Below are positions 38,458 through 47,177 of a stretch of 64,000 bases of DNA, piece by piece (position 1 is the first letter of the stretch; each line of letters starts with the position of its first letter). The stretch is from a virus (taxonomy: Duplodnaviria; Caudoviricetes). The translations under genes and the position numbers were made by a program. A model generated the notes under the pieces. That model had not been told where the DNA came from and did no database searches. It saw nothing but the letters and a program-made list of their open reading frames with translations. The stretch is taken from the IMG/VR virus record IMGVR_UViG_3300020037_004820; one strand, 5' to 3'.

Positions 38458-39098
38458 TGAAAGTTGAATTGAAATGGATCACTCCAAATGCTGAACAGGA
38501 AATTGTTGAAATTGCGCGTGTTTCATCTGCCAGAGAAGACAAAACATTAGAGGCATATAAGTTGATTAGATTTCTAATCAAGAATAAACATTGGTCACCC
38601 TTTGAGATGTCTAATCTTTGTTTAGATGTTGAAACGAGTATTTCTATATCAATGCAGTTATTGAGACATAGAAGTGCGAATTTTCAGCAATTATCTCAAC
38701 GTTATCAAGATGTAACTAATATGTTCGATCATATATTTGAACCAATTGAATTGAGATTACAAGGAAAAACCAATAGACAAGTTTCAGAAGATTTATTATT
38801 AGAAGAAAAAGCTGCTAAGTATCAAGCACGTATTCAAGAGCATCTCCAAAATTCTCTAAATTTATATACAGAAATGATGGATGATGGAGTTGCCCGAGAG
38901 TGCGCAAGATTCGTGTTGCCGTTATGTACTAAAACCAATATCTATATTAATGGAACACTTAGAACATGGATTCATTTGATTGAATCAAGAGATGACCCTC
39001 ATGCACAAAAAGAAGTGCAATTATTAGCTCGGGAAGCAAAACGTATATTCATAGAAAATATGCCTCAAGTAGCTAAAGCATTGGAGTGGATTGAATAA
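38457..39098 (+). CDS. thyX: flavin-dependent thymidylate synthase
   Basis: ARVS, HWSPFEM, QLLRHRS..FQQLSQRY, ARE.ARFVLP, R.W.H....R, AQKE. Confidence 0.95.
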   Translation: MKVELKWITPNAEQEIVEIARVSSAREDKTLEAYKLIRFLIKNKHWSPFEMSNLCLDVETSISISMQLLRHRSANFQQLSQRYQDVTNMFDHIFEPIELRLQGKTNRQVSEDLLLEEKAAKYQARIQEHLQNSLNLYTEMMDDGVARECARFVLPLCTKTNIYINGTLRTWIHLIESRDDPHAQKEVQLLAREAKRIFIENMPQVAKALEWIE

Positions 39099-39101
39099 AT
39101 T

Positions 39102-39593
39102 GTGAAAGCTAAAGATTTAACAAACCAAAAATTTGGTAGACTAACAGCATTAACAGTCTTTTATAAAGATGGAATACGTTGGTGGCATTGTAAATGTGAT
39201 TGTGGAAATATTCATGATGTAAGTATTTTAAATTTAGGTCGTGGAACTAAAAGTTGTGGATGTTATAATTTAGAACGTTCTAAAAAAAGAAAACAATCAG
39301 ATTCTCAAATAAAACGAAATGCAACTATTAGATATTACAAAAGAAATGCAAAAGTAAGAAATTTAGATTGGCTGCTATCTAATGTAGAATTTGATTTACT
39401 ACAATCGCAAATTTGTTATTTTTGTGGGAAAGAACCTATTAATGGAATTGATAGACTAGACAATACAAAAGGTTATTTATTTGATAACTGTGTTTCATGT
39501 TGTACCACTTGTAACAGAGCAAAATTAGAAATGACAGAATCAGATTTTTTAAATTGGATAATAAAAGTAACTAAATACAGGAGATTAATATAA
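39102..39593 (+). mobile_element. free-standing HNH homing endonuclease
   Basis: DLT.QKFGRLT, W.CKCDCG, KSCGC, C.FCG, GIDR.DN.KGY..DNCV.CC..CN.AK. Confidence 0.88.
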
Positions 39594-40147
39594 TGGGAAT
39601 TTACTTGACATCAGATACTCATTTTGGACATAATAATATAATTGAATACTCCAAACGTCCGTTCAAAGACGTAACCGAAATGGACGAAGCTCTCGTAGAA
39701 AATTGGAACAAAGTCGTAACAAATAAAGATACAATATATCATCTAGGAGACGTGATCTTTTCAAGAGATCATTCAATTCTAAAAAGACTTAATGGGCATA
39801 TCAATTTTCTATACGGAAATCATGATAAAAATGCATCATGGAAAGCAATTGATTATGAAGAGATAAAATATAGCGGTAGATTATTTGTTCTTTGTCATTA
39901 CCCATTATTGACATGGAATAAAGCAAGACATGGTTCTATACATCTTCATGGTCACATACATTCCGAAGTCCCCATTTATTCAAATGTAGCGAGATATGAT
40001 GTTGGTGTAGATGCAAACAACTACACTCCAGTATCCATTGAACAGATCATTGAGGCTTTTCGTAACTTACGTGATAGTCCTATGAACCCTGACGAGCTTC
40101 CTCCCTTAGATAAATCAAGGGGAGCCAGAGGGAAAGTAGAGCCGTAG
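39593..40147 (+). CDS. calcineurin-like metallophosphoesterase
   Basis: SDTHFGH, LGD, GNHD, HYP, HGHIH, DVGVD. Confidence 0.9.
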   Translation: MGIYLTSDTHFGHNNIIEYSKRPFKDVTEMDEALVENWNKVVTNKDTIYHLGDVIFSRDHSILKRLNGHINFLYGNHDKNASWKAIDYEEIKYSGRLFVLCHYPLLTWNKARHGSIHLHGHIHSEVPIYSNVARYDVGVDANNYTPVSIEQIIEAFRNLRDSPMNPDELPPLDKSRGARGKVEP

Positions 40148-40686
40148 ATATAGTGACAAAAAATATTTATATCTTTCCTATTAGTTATTCGAATTATAGA
40201 AGATTTAGATTTTTTATGGAGTCTTCTACATATGGTATATTTTATACCTAATTCTTTGAACAACTTTTCCATATAAGTCCAATCTTGGTCATAGGTAGAA
40301 CCAATAGAGAATTGATAAAGATACTGTTCTTTATGACTATAAAAACATCCATCCCCATCTACTATGCCTCTAAAAAAATAGGGCTTCAAATTAGTAGGAA
40401 TAATAGTTAGAAGTTGACAAGGACTTAGTTTTGATTTTTGATTATATCCGTAATTTGCTAATGTACTACAAAATTTGGTGTCGTTTAGTTCTAAACGCAT
40501 TTGAGTTTTTCTATTAGGTCTATTCCTTATATATTTTTTGAAGTTTCCGCACATCATGAAAATATTTTCAATTTCTACCAAATCTTCTTCAATACATTCT
40601 ATTCTAAGAGATTTACTTTTATTAAGAAAACCATCTGCCCAAGAAAAGCCTAACATGTACGAAAATTCTTTAGTTGATACATCCAT
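40021..40686 (-). mobile_element. free-standing double-motif LAGLIDADG homing endonuclease
   Basis: YMLGFSWADG and FFRGIVDGDG motifs; antisense to its neighbours. Confidence 0.88.
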
Positions 40687-40706
40687 GTACTAATTAGTAC
40701 ATGGAT
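40681..40706. repeat. perfect 26-bp palindrome with the late motif on both strands
   Basis: ATCCATGTACTAATTAGTACATGGAT equals its own reverse complement. Confidence 0.95.
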
Positions 40707-40725
40707 AATGCCATGACGGAGAAAA

Positions 40726-41004
40726 ATGACTATAATACCATATAATAATCGATTAATGATAAAAGAGATTAAAGAGAATGAAAAAAAAGCTGGAGATATA
40801 ATTGTCCCAAATTTTACTAAAGATAGAAAAGATATTCCAAAATTTATGAAAGTTCATATTTTAGAGATATCCGCAGGTTTATCGCCAAATTTGGTGGGAA
40901 AAACAGCGGTTATAGAAACAGGTTTTCTTGAAGAAGTAACAATTGATGGAGACTTATATCATTTTTGCCCAATAAATTATGTAGTTTGCATAACCTCAGA
41001 ATAA
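40726..41004 (+). CDS. groES: GroES-like co-chaperonin
   Basis: IPYNNRLMIK..E.EKKAGDIIVP, VG, EVTIDG; 92 aa. Confidence 0.65.
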   Translation: MTIIPYNNRLMIKEIKENEKKAGDIIVPNFTKDRKDIPKFMKVHILEISAGLSPNLVGKTAVIETGFLEEVTIDGDLYHFCPINYVVCITSE

Positions 41005-41015
41005 AAGGAAAATAA

Positions 41016-41570
41016 ATGCCTCTAAGATACGGAGTAAGTTTCCCAGCGTGGTTTCATCCAATTCATCCACCAACTCCGCCAATTCCACCACGCGTTCCAA
41101 AACAACAATTCTTTGAAACTAAAGAAGTATTAGTTCAGAGATTGTTTGTTGGTGGATTATCTATTCCAAAAGTTTTGGAAATGTTATCACATTATAATTC
41201 AGAAGAATATTTCATAAACAGCGTCGATACATATGATGCAAACTTTATGGAATTAATGAAAGAAGAAAAATATGAAGTTATAATAGATGAAAAAGAATTT
41301 CTAAAATTGCAAAAAGAATATGCAAGATCTATTAAAGACTATGAACGTTTTGAATCTGAGTATCAGGTTAGGGTAAAAAAATACCCTGGAATGGTTCTTA
41401 TGCATGAAGATGCAAAGTTAAGAGAAATATTAACCAAAGCAGAAGATGAATTGGAAGATGCTCAAATAAAAGAATCACAATCTCAGCAAATTTTGTGGGA
41501 ACTTAATAAGACTATAAAAGAAACAAAAGAAAAACTAACAGAGTTGCATAAACAAATTAAAGATGAATGA
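41016..41570 (+). CDS. hypothetical coiled-coil protein
   Basis: Pro-rich N-terminus, heptad-like C-terminus. Confidence 0.55.
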   Translation: MPLRYGVSFPAWFHPIHPPTPPIPPRVPKQQFFETKEVLVQRLFVGGLSIPKVLEMLSHYNSEEYFINSVDTYDANFMELMKEEKYEVIIDEKEFLKLQKEYARSIKDYERFESEYQVRVKKYPGMVLMHEDAKLREILTKAEDELEDAQIKESQSQQILWELNKTIKETKEKLTELHKQIKDE

Positions 41571-42553
41571 AAATAAAGATTCCTAAAATAGTCATAGGTA
41601 ATAATTTAACTGGAATGCAAGTTGCTATTCAACAAGATGCAACTTTCATTCCAGTTTCTTATTTAAACGCTTTTGGATGGGAACATACTACGTATGATCA
41701 TCATATTACTCAATTTATTCGATCTAAAAGAGTTGAAAAAGATTCCACAATAAATCATAAATATAAAATAAGCTCAAAACATGGAACAGAATTTATCCCA
41801 TGTTTCTATTGGGAGCTAGAGGCATTATACAAATATATTCTGCTAATGTCTAATAGACTATACGACTCCCACAGGGTCACTAATGTCAAGCATTATTCTG
41901 ATAATGTTCTGACATTAGTCTCGGCATTTGGCAATAGCTTCGAGATTGAGTTCGATACTTGCCATGTAATAAACCCTGATTATAACTGGTACGACTCTAT
42001 ATCAGAGCCTTTTGAATCACATGAGAGCGATTCATGTCATTTAATTTATTATTTGATTTTATCGAAAGATACAGAAGATATGAAGGGTATTCAATATCAA
42101 TATGATATTGAAGAATTAGAGGAAGAATATTTTACCAAAATATGGTATTCTTCTCTTTTTGGTTCAAAAAAATTTTTGGTTGGAAATGATCCTAGAAGAA
42201 AAAAACAAACAACAACAACGCGCAATATTTGTCTTTTTATAGAAAATGTTGATTTATCAGAGATTAATGATGAGAAATATTCTGTTGCTGAAATTAGAAA
42301 AGAAATTTACAAATTATTGGGATCTAGACATAAAAGAATTGCGGATAGAATATTAAGTTTCGATAAATCTATTCAAAAGATTGAATTATCATCTAGAGTA
42401 AATGTATATGAAGATACAGATAATGTGAAATACCTGTATTATACGGATAAAGAGGAAATCTTATGCCCAAAAAATTTAGACTCATCGGAATGGCCGCAAT
42501 CATACCCACGTATACTAATATCTCAATTCAAGGAGACTATGATTTTGCCATAA
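41567..42553 (+). CDS. hypothetical protein (possible degenerate Rossmann fold)
   Basis: KIVIGNNLTG N-terminal loop only. Confidence 0.5.
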   Translation: MKIKIPKIVIGNNLTGMQVAIQQDATFIPVSYLNAFGWEHTTYDHHITQFIRSKRVEKDSTINHKYKISSKHGTEFIPCFYWELEALYKYILLMSNRLYDSHRVTNVKHYSDNVLTLVSAFGNSFEIEFDTCHVINPDYNWYDSISEPFESHESDSCHLIYYLILSKDTEDMKGIQYQYDIEELEEEYFTKIWYSSLFGSKKFLVGNDPRRKKQTTTTRNICLFIENVDLSEINDEKYSVAEIRKEIYKLLGSRHKRIADRILSFDKSIQKIELSSRVNVYEDTDNVKYLYYTDKEEILCPKNLDSSEWPQSYPRILISQFKETMILP

Positions 42554-43404
42554 CTTCTCCAATATATAAAAATGCTACATTGCTTGATTTATTAATTCTA
42601 CATTGTAAGCAGTTAAATGCAAATTCTATTGTTTTAGTATGTAGACCAGAACAGATAGTTTATCTAAAATCAAGATATGGCGATGTTCTTTATTGGAACA
42701 GAAATGCAGAGATATATAAAACAATAACAATGTTTTATATATCTGTATCAACAAGATATTTCGGCAAATATGATTCTATTACGTTTAATCAGATCTATGG
42801 AGCACATATATTCAATAATGCAACCTTAGATTCTTTTGGAAGAGATTACGCTAATTCTTTTATACTAATTGATCCAAGATTGTTATTTGATCCTTTAACA
42901 AAAATGCAAATTTTTGAACATATTAGATCGTATTTTTATGGTTCAAAAGGAGACATGTTATTTTCAAAACAAGAAGAACGTGTTCCACATTATGCGTATT
43001 CCATATTAACAGTTGAAACGATAAAACAATTGTGGAACATATTGTCGACAACTGTGAAAAATAAACCATCTATTATAGAATTTGCCAAATTAGATTTAAA
43101 ACATTTTTATGATCAAATAAAACAACCAGAAAGAATATTTGAATTATTATTTCCAATCCATCATTTAGGACAGTGGCAAGAATACGTGGAACTTCTAAGT
43201 TCCATTCAGAATGCTTCTGAAGATGAAAGGGAACTTTTATACATGAGATGTATGTTTAATAAAACTGTTTTATCCTTTAGAAGATTTTCTTTAAACAATA
43301 TAGTAGATACTCCTTTTTCTCAAAAAATTGTGGAATTTAATAATTCCACAAAAGCATGGTCTAAAAGACGTTTAGAAATTAGGAAAAACAATGACAGAAA
43401 ATAA
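42463..43404 (+). CDS. hypothetical protein (possible degenerate nucleotidyltransferase-like fold)
   Basis: AAIIP..., SPI, IVLVC pattern; weak. Confidence 0.45.
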   Translation: MPKKFRLIGMAAIIPTYTNISIQGDYDFAITSPIYKNATLLDLLILHCKQLNANSIVLVCRPEQIVYLKSRYGDVLYWNRNAEIYKTITMFYISVSTRYFGKYDSITFNQIYGAHIFNNATLDSFGRDYANSFILIDPRLLFDPLTKMQIFEHIRSYFYGSKGDMLFSKQEERVPHYAYSILTVETIKQLWNILSTTVKNKPSIIEFAKLDLKHFYDQIKQPERIFELLFPIHHLGQWQEYVELLSSIQNASEDERELLYMRCMFNKTVLSFRRFSLNNIVDTPFSQKIVEFNNSTKAWSKRRLEIRKNNDRK

Positions 43405-45775
43405 AATAAAACATAATTCTATTTTTCCATGGATTGATCCTAAGAAATACAGAATTGTAGGATTCGATACTGAAACACATCTTATAACAGAGGCTGAACC
43501 TATTCCGCCTTTAGTCTGTATAACGTTTAGCGAACCTCCATATATATACGGCGGCACACACGAATCAAAATTAGAGGGTGCACGTAAACTAATAGATTAT
43601 CTAGTTGATGACAATACTATTATAGTTGGACATAATGTATTTTATGATATTTCGGTTATTATTCGTTTTTTCTCTGAGTATGAACCTAAATATGAATTAG
43701 ATATTCATAAGTTTTTTTGGGCAAAAATCAGAGCTGGTAAAATACGTGATACAGGTGTTACATCTAAATTAGTAGCTATTCAAAAAGATTGGTTACGCTT
43801 CGATCCTAAAATGGGTGGACCTTCTGAGTTTTCTTTGGCTGCTTTAGTTCAAAGACATTTAGATAAGCATATGGAAGGTAAAGAAGGTGAGGATGTTTGG
43901 CGTAAGCGCTATTCAGAATTAGATGGCATACCTATTGATAAATGGGAAAAAGCTGCAATTGATTATCCTATTGATGACGCTAAATTGACGAGAGATTTGT
44001 ATGTTTATTTGATTCATAAGTATGACACGTCCACTGATGAAGTGTTCCAAGTCGAATCCTCTTGGGTTTTACATAAAATGGGAGTTTGGGGAATTGCTAC
44101 AGATGCAGAGCGTGCTAAAATATTAGATGAAAAAGTTACGCCTATTATTAAAGAATGTCAAAAAGAATTGATAAAAGAAGGCTTTTTACGTCCACCAGAG
44201 TATTCTGTTAGACGAGATTTGTTAAAAGCTGCAATATTAGAAGAATTCGGAGATCGAACACCTAAAACAGCAGGTGGCGATGTATCATTAAGTGCAAAAA
44301 TTTTCGCACAATGCAAAAACAATACGATACTAGAATATCTAAAAGCTAAGCCTTTCTTAGACGAAATTCGTGCTATAGGAAATACTTTAGGAGAATTACC
44401 TGTATCATTTCCTTTGGAACAAAAGAAAAAATTAATAAATGATTATATAGAGAAGCAGAAAAATCTCGAATATATTTGCAGCATAGGATTGGTAGATTTA
44501 GAAGAGCCTACTCAAAATAAAGAAGCAATTCGCGAAGTTATTATAGAACATTTTAGAATAGATAAAGGTAATGGAGAATATGATTATAAGGAAGTTCCTT
44601 TAACAGATGCTGCTGATAAACTAAAGTTAGAAGAATTAGTAGAAGTTCTACAAGATGTAGATAAATTGCGCAAGATGGTATCTACGGATAGAGAGACTAT
44701 TCTGCAAGTGCCTAGACTAGAAAAGCTTGCAGAAATGGGAGAATTCTACAAAATCAAAACAACTTATATCCCTGTGTTTAAACAGGGTAACGTTTTGCAT
44801 CCTCATTGGAATCCTCTCGTCGCATCTGGGCGTGTTTCTGTAGCCAATCCTAATTTGAACAATTTACCTAGAGAGCATGGGGTTAGAGAATGCTTTAAAG
44901 CTAGACCTGGATATGTGTATGTAACAGCCGATTATTCACAGGCTGAGTTATGTTCATTGTCACAGATTTGTACAGATCTATTCGGTTATTCTAGAATGGG
45001 AGAAGCTATTAAGGGTGGACAAGATTTGCACTTGTTATTAGCTTCACAAATTCTGAACATAACTTATAAAGAAGCAGAAGAGAGACATGTTGCGGCAAAA
45101 TCTAGAGATAAGAGAAATGCAACAAAAGAAGAACTTGCTCTTGATAAAGAGATCTTAGATGCAAGACAAATGGCGAAGGCCGCGAATTTTGGTTACCCTG
45201 GAGGATTGGGCCCGGATAAATTCGTTGCGTATGCATGGACCTCTTATAAAGTAAAACTAACTAGACAAGTTGCTATTGATCTTAAAGCTTTGTGGTTAGA
45301 AACGTATCCAGAAATCTCTGAGTTCTTCTCATATGTATCTGGAAAATTGGGTAGAAAAAACAGACAAGGTTGGGCAGATAAAGAATCCTCAAAATTCGAT
45401 GTTACTCAACACAGATCTGGACGAATTAGAGGAAAAGTAGGTTTTTGCGACGGATTGAATACCTTCTTTCAGGGATTGACTGCTGACGGAGCTAAATACG
45501 CAAAGAATCTAATTTCATATGAAATGCATTGTAATCCTAATTCTCCTTTATACGGTTCAAGAATAGTTGCATTCATATATGATGAAATTTTGATGGAATG
45601 CCCAGAAGACAAAGCACATGATGCTGCAATGGAACTGGTTAGATTAATGCTTGAAGGAATGAAAGTGTTTCTTCCAGATATTCCATCTAAAGTAGAGGTA
45701 GAAATGATGAGACGTTGGATAAAAGCCGCAAAAGCATTATATGTAAATGGCAAATTGGTTCCAGTTGACGCGTGA
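43391..45775 (+). CDS. polA: family A DNA polymerase with 3'-5' exonuclease
   Basis: FDTET, GHNVFYD, Y..DD exonuclease motifs; SGR.S..NPNL.NLPR, ADYSQAEL, RQMAKAANFGYPGG, FQG..AD, IYDE. Confidence 0.93.
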   Translation: MTENKIKHNSIFPWIDPKKYRIVGFDTETHLITEAEPIPPLVCITFSEPPYIYGGTHESKLEGARKLIDYLVDDNTIIVGHNVFYDISVIIRFFSEYEPKYELDIHKFFWAKIRAGKIRDTGVTSKLVAIQKDWLRFDPKMGGPSEFSLAALVQRHLDKHMEGKEGEDVWRKRYSELDGIPIDKWEKAAIDYPIDDAKLTRDLYVYLIHKYDTSTDEVFQVESSWVLHKMGVWGIATDAERAKILDEKVTPIIKECQKELIKEGFLRPPEYSVRRDLLKAAILEEFGDRTPKTAGGDVSLSAKIFAQCKNNTILEYLKAKPFLDEIRAIGNTLGELPVSFPLEQKKKLINDYIEKQKNLEYICSIGLVDLEEPTQNKEAIREVIIEHFRIDKGNGEYDYKEVPLTDAADKLKLEELVEVLQDVDKLRKMVSTDRETILQVPRLEKLAEMGEFYKIKTTYIPVFKQGNVLHPHWNPLVASGRVSVANPNLNNLPREHGVRECFKARPGYVYVTADYSQAELCSLSQICTDLFGYSRMGEAIKGGQDLHLLLASQILNITYKEAEERHVAAKSRDKRNATKEELALDKEILDARQMAKAANFGYPGGLGPDKFVAYAWTSYKVKLTRQVAIDLKALWLETYPEISEFFSYVSGKLGRKNRQGWADKESSKFDVTQHRSGRIRGKVGFCDGLNTFFQGLTADGAKYAKNLISYEMHCNPNSPLYGSRIVAFIYDEILMECPEDKAHDAAMELVRLMLEGMKVFLPDIPSKVEVEMMRRWIKAAKALYVNGKLVPVDA

Positions 45776-45798
45776 CAAGTCATAAAAGGTGCATATAT
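45772..45798 (+). promoter_or_regulatory. sigma70-like promoter, TGACA-N11-GTGCATATAT
   Basis: GTGACA agtcataaaag GTGCATATAT, same spacing as 31006-31032. Confidence 0.55.
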
Positions 45799-45843
45799 GC
45801 TATATATAAAGGCCAATCCTACTGATATCTATGTTCTCTATAA

Positions 45844-45885
45844 AAACAAGAGCGAGCTGCTTATAAACAAGAGCAAGCTGCTTAT
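45844..45885 (+). repeat. 21-bp tandem duplication
   Basis: AAACAAGAGC(G/A)AGCTGCTTAT x2. Confidence 0.9.
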
Positions 45886-45935
45886 AAAGCATGGAAAAAA
45901 TCCATTAAATACGAAAAAACATGTGAGTGTAAATA

Positions 45936-46193
45936 ATGAAGAGATATTTAAGCCATTTAAGTCCTGGCGATTTTTTTCTACATAGTGGGAAAGTCTGGAT
46001 AAAATCCGAACTTATTACAAATGAAAGTTATCAAACACAGGAATATTATATATTAGGACAGTTTTCTCCTCATGTGGAATTCATATATGAAGCGCATTTT
46101 GCGTGCTTAGATTTATTAAGTGGAAATGTTAGATCTTTTTCACAAACCATGCTTGTTGAAACAGTAGCCGTAGATTTGACCATTCACCAATAA
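45936..46193 (+). CDS. hypothetical protein
   Basis: LSPGDFF..G.VWIK SH3-like pattern. Confidence 0.5.
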   Translation: MKRYLSHLSPGDFFLHSGKVWIKSELITNESYQTQEYYILGQFSPHVEFIYEAHFACLDLLSGNVRSFSQTMLVETVAVDLTIHQ

Positions 46194-46202
46194 GGATTAC
46201 GA

Positions 46203-46700
46203 ATGAAAGTAACTATAACAAGACTTAGAGAACTTGCTAAAATTCCGTTTAAGAAGCATGTAAATGATGCAGGATATGATTTATATTGGGCACCAAGTAA
46301 TACACATGAAACATCCCCATTAATTCAATGGGAGGGAAAATCCTATTTTCATGCAATTATGATACCTGCGCATTCTTCTAGAAGGTTTGAAACTGGATTA
46401 AAAGTTAATTTTCCACATGGACATTGCTTAGAGATTAAAAATAGATCGGGCATAGCATCCAAAAAAGATTTAATAGTTGGAGCATGTATAGTAGATTCCA
46501 CTTATACGGGCGAAATATTCATAGATTTACATAATGTTTCAGCTCAACCTCAGATTGTTGAAATAGGAGAACGAATTGCTCAATTCGTTATTTATGAGGT
46601 ACAAAATTGTATATTTGAGGAAGTTACATCTGACCAATATACTGAATTGTTCCCATCAGATCGTGGCGAAAACGGTTTTGGTTCAACAGGAGTAAAATAA
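46203..46700 (+). CDS. dut: dUTPase
   Basis: AGYDL, TGL, RSG, VDSTYTGEI, ERIAQ, RGENGFGSTG. Confidence 0.95.
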   Translation: MKVTITRLRELAKIPFKKHVNDAGYDLYWAPSNTHETSPLIQWEGKSYFHAIMIPAHSSRRFETGLKVNFPHGHCLEIKNRSGIASKKDLIVGACIVDSTYTGEIFIDLHNVSAQPQIVEIGERIAQFVIYEVQNCIFEEVTSDQYTELFPSDRGENGFGSTGVK

Positions 46701-46963
46701 TGAGTGAAAAAAAATTGTTTGTTGTTTCTAGAAAGGTTAGATCTATTGTTTTAGCAGAAAATATACAAGATGCGTGTCATGTTGCTAGTCAGAATGCTGC
46801 GGATATAATGGAAGAAGCGGATAGAGATCCACTATATTCATGGCATGCATTTCCATGTAAAAAATTACTCGATAATTGGTGTGAAAGATCTTTACCTTGG
46901 GCATCTCTAGATGAAGAATCAGAAGAACTGCCCTGTAGTCATTACTTGAATAAGGAAGCATAA
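46700..46963 (+). CDS. hypothetical protein
   Basis: TAATG coupling. Confidence 0.5.
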   Translation: MSEKKLFVVSRKVRSIVLAENIQDACHVASQNAADIMEEADRDPLYSWHAFPCKKLLDNWCERSLPWASLDEESEELPCSHYLNKEA

Positions 46964-47169
46964 TGAGTTACGAATTGAACGCATTGCATAATATTTCGAA
47001 TGAAATAGAGAAGCAAACCAAAAATCAAGAAAAGATAATTGATCTTCTTCAACAGCTTATTACAATGGTTGCAGCTTCTGCAATTTCAAGTCCTCTTGAT
47101 TCTGTTGGAAACTACGAAAGAATGAATGCTGCAAACTACGCAGAACGTCATTTTACTAAGAACAAATAA
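46963..47169 (+). CDS. hypothetical protein
   Basis: TAATG coupling. Confidence 0.5.
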   Translation: MSYELNALHNISNEIEKQTKNQEKIIDLLQQLITMVAASAISSPLDSVGNYERMNAANYAERHFTKNK

Positions 47170-47177
47170 GGAATACT

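Noticed and set aside
45797-45985. 62-aa ORF from the track
   Set aside because: Its ATG lies within the putative -10 element, it has no RBS and it overlaps the next gene by 50 nt.
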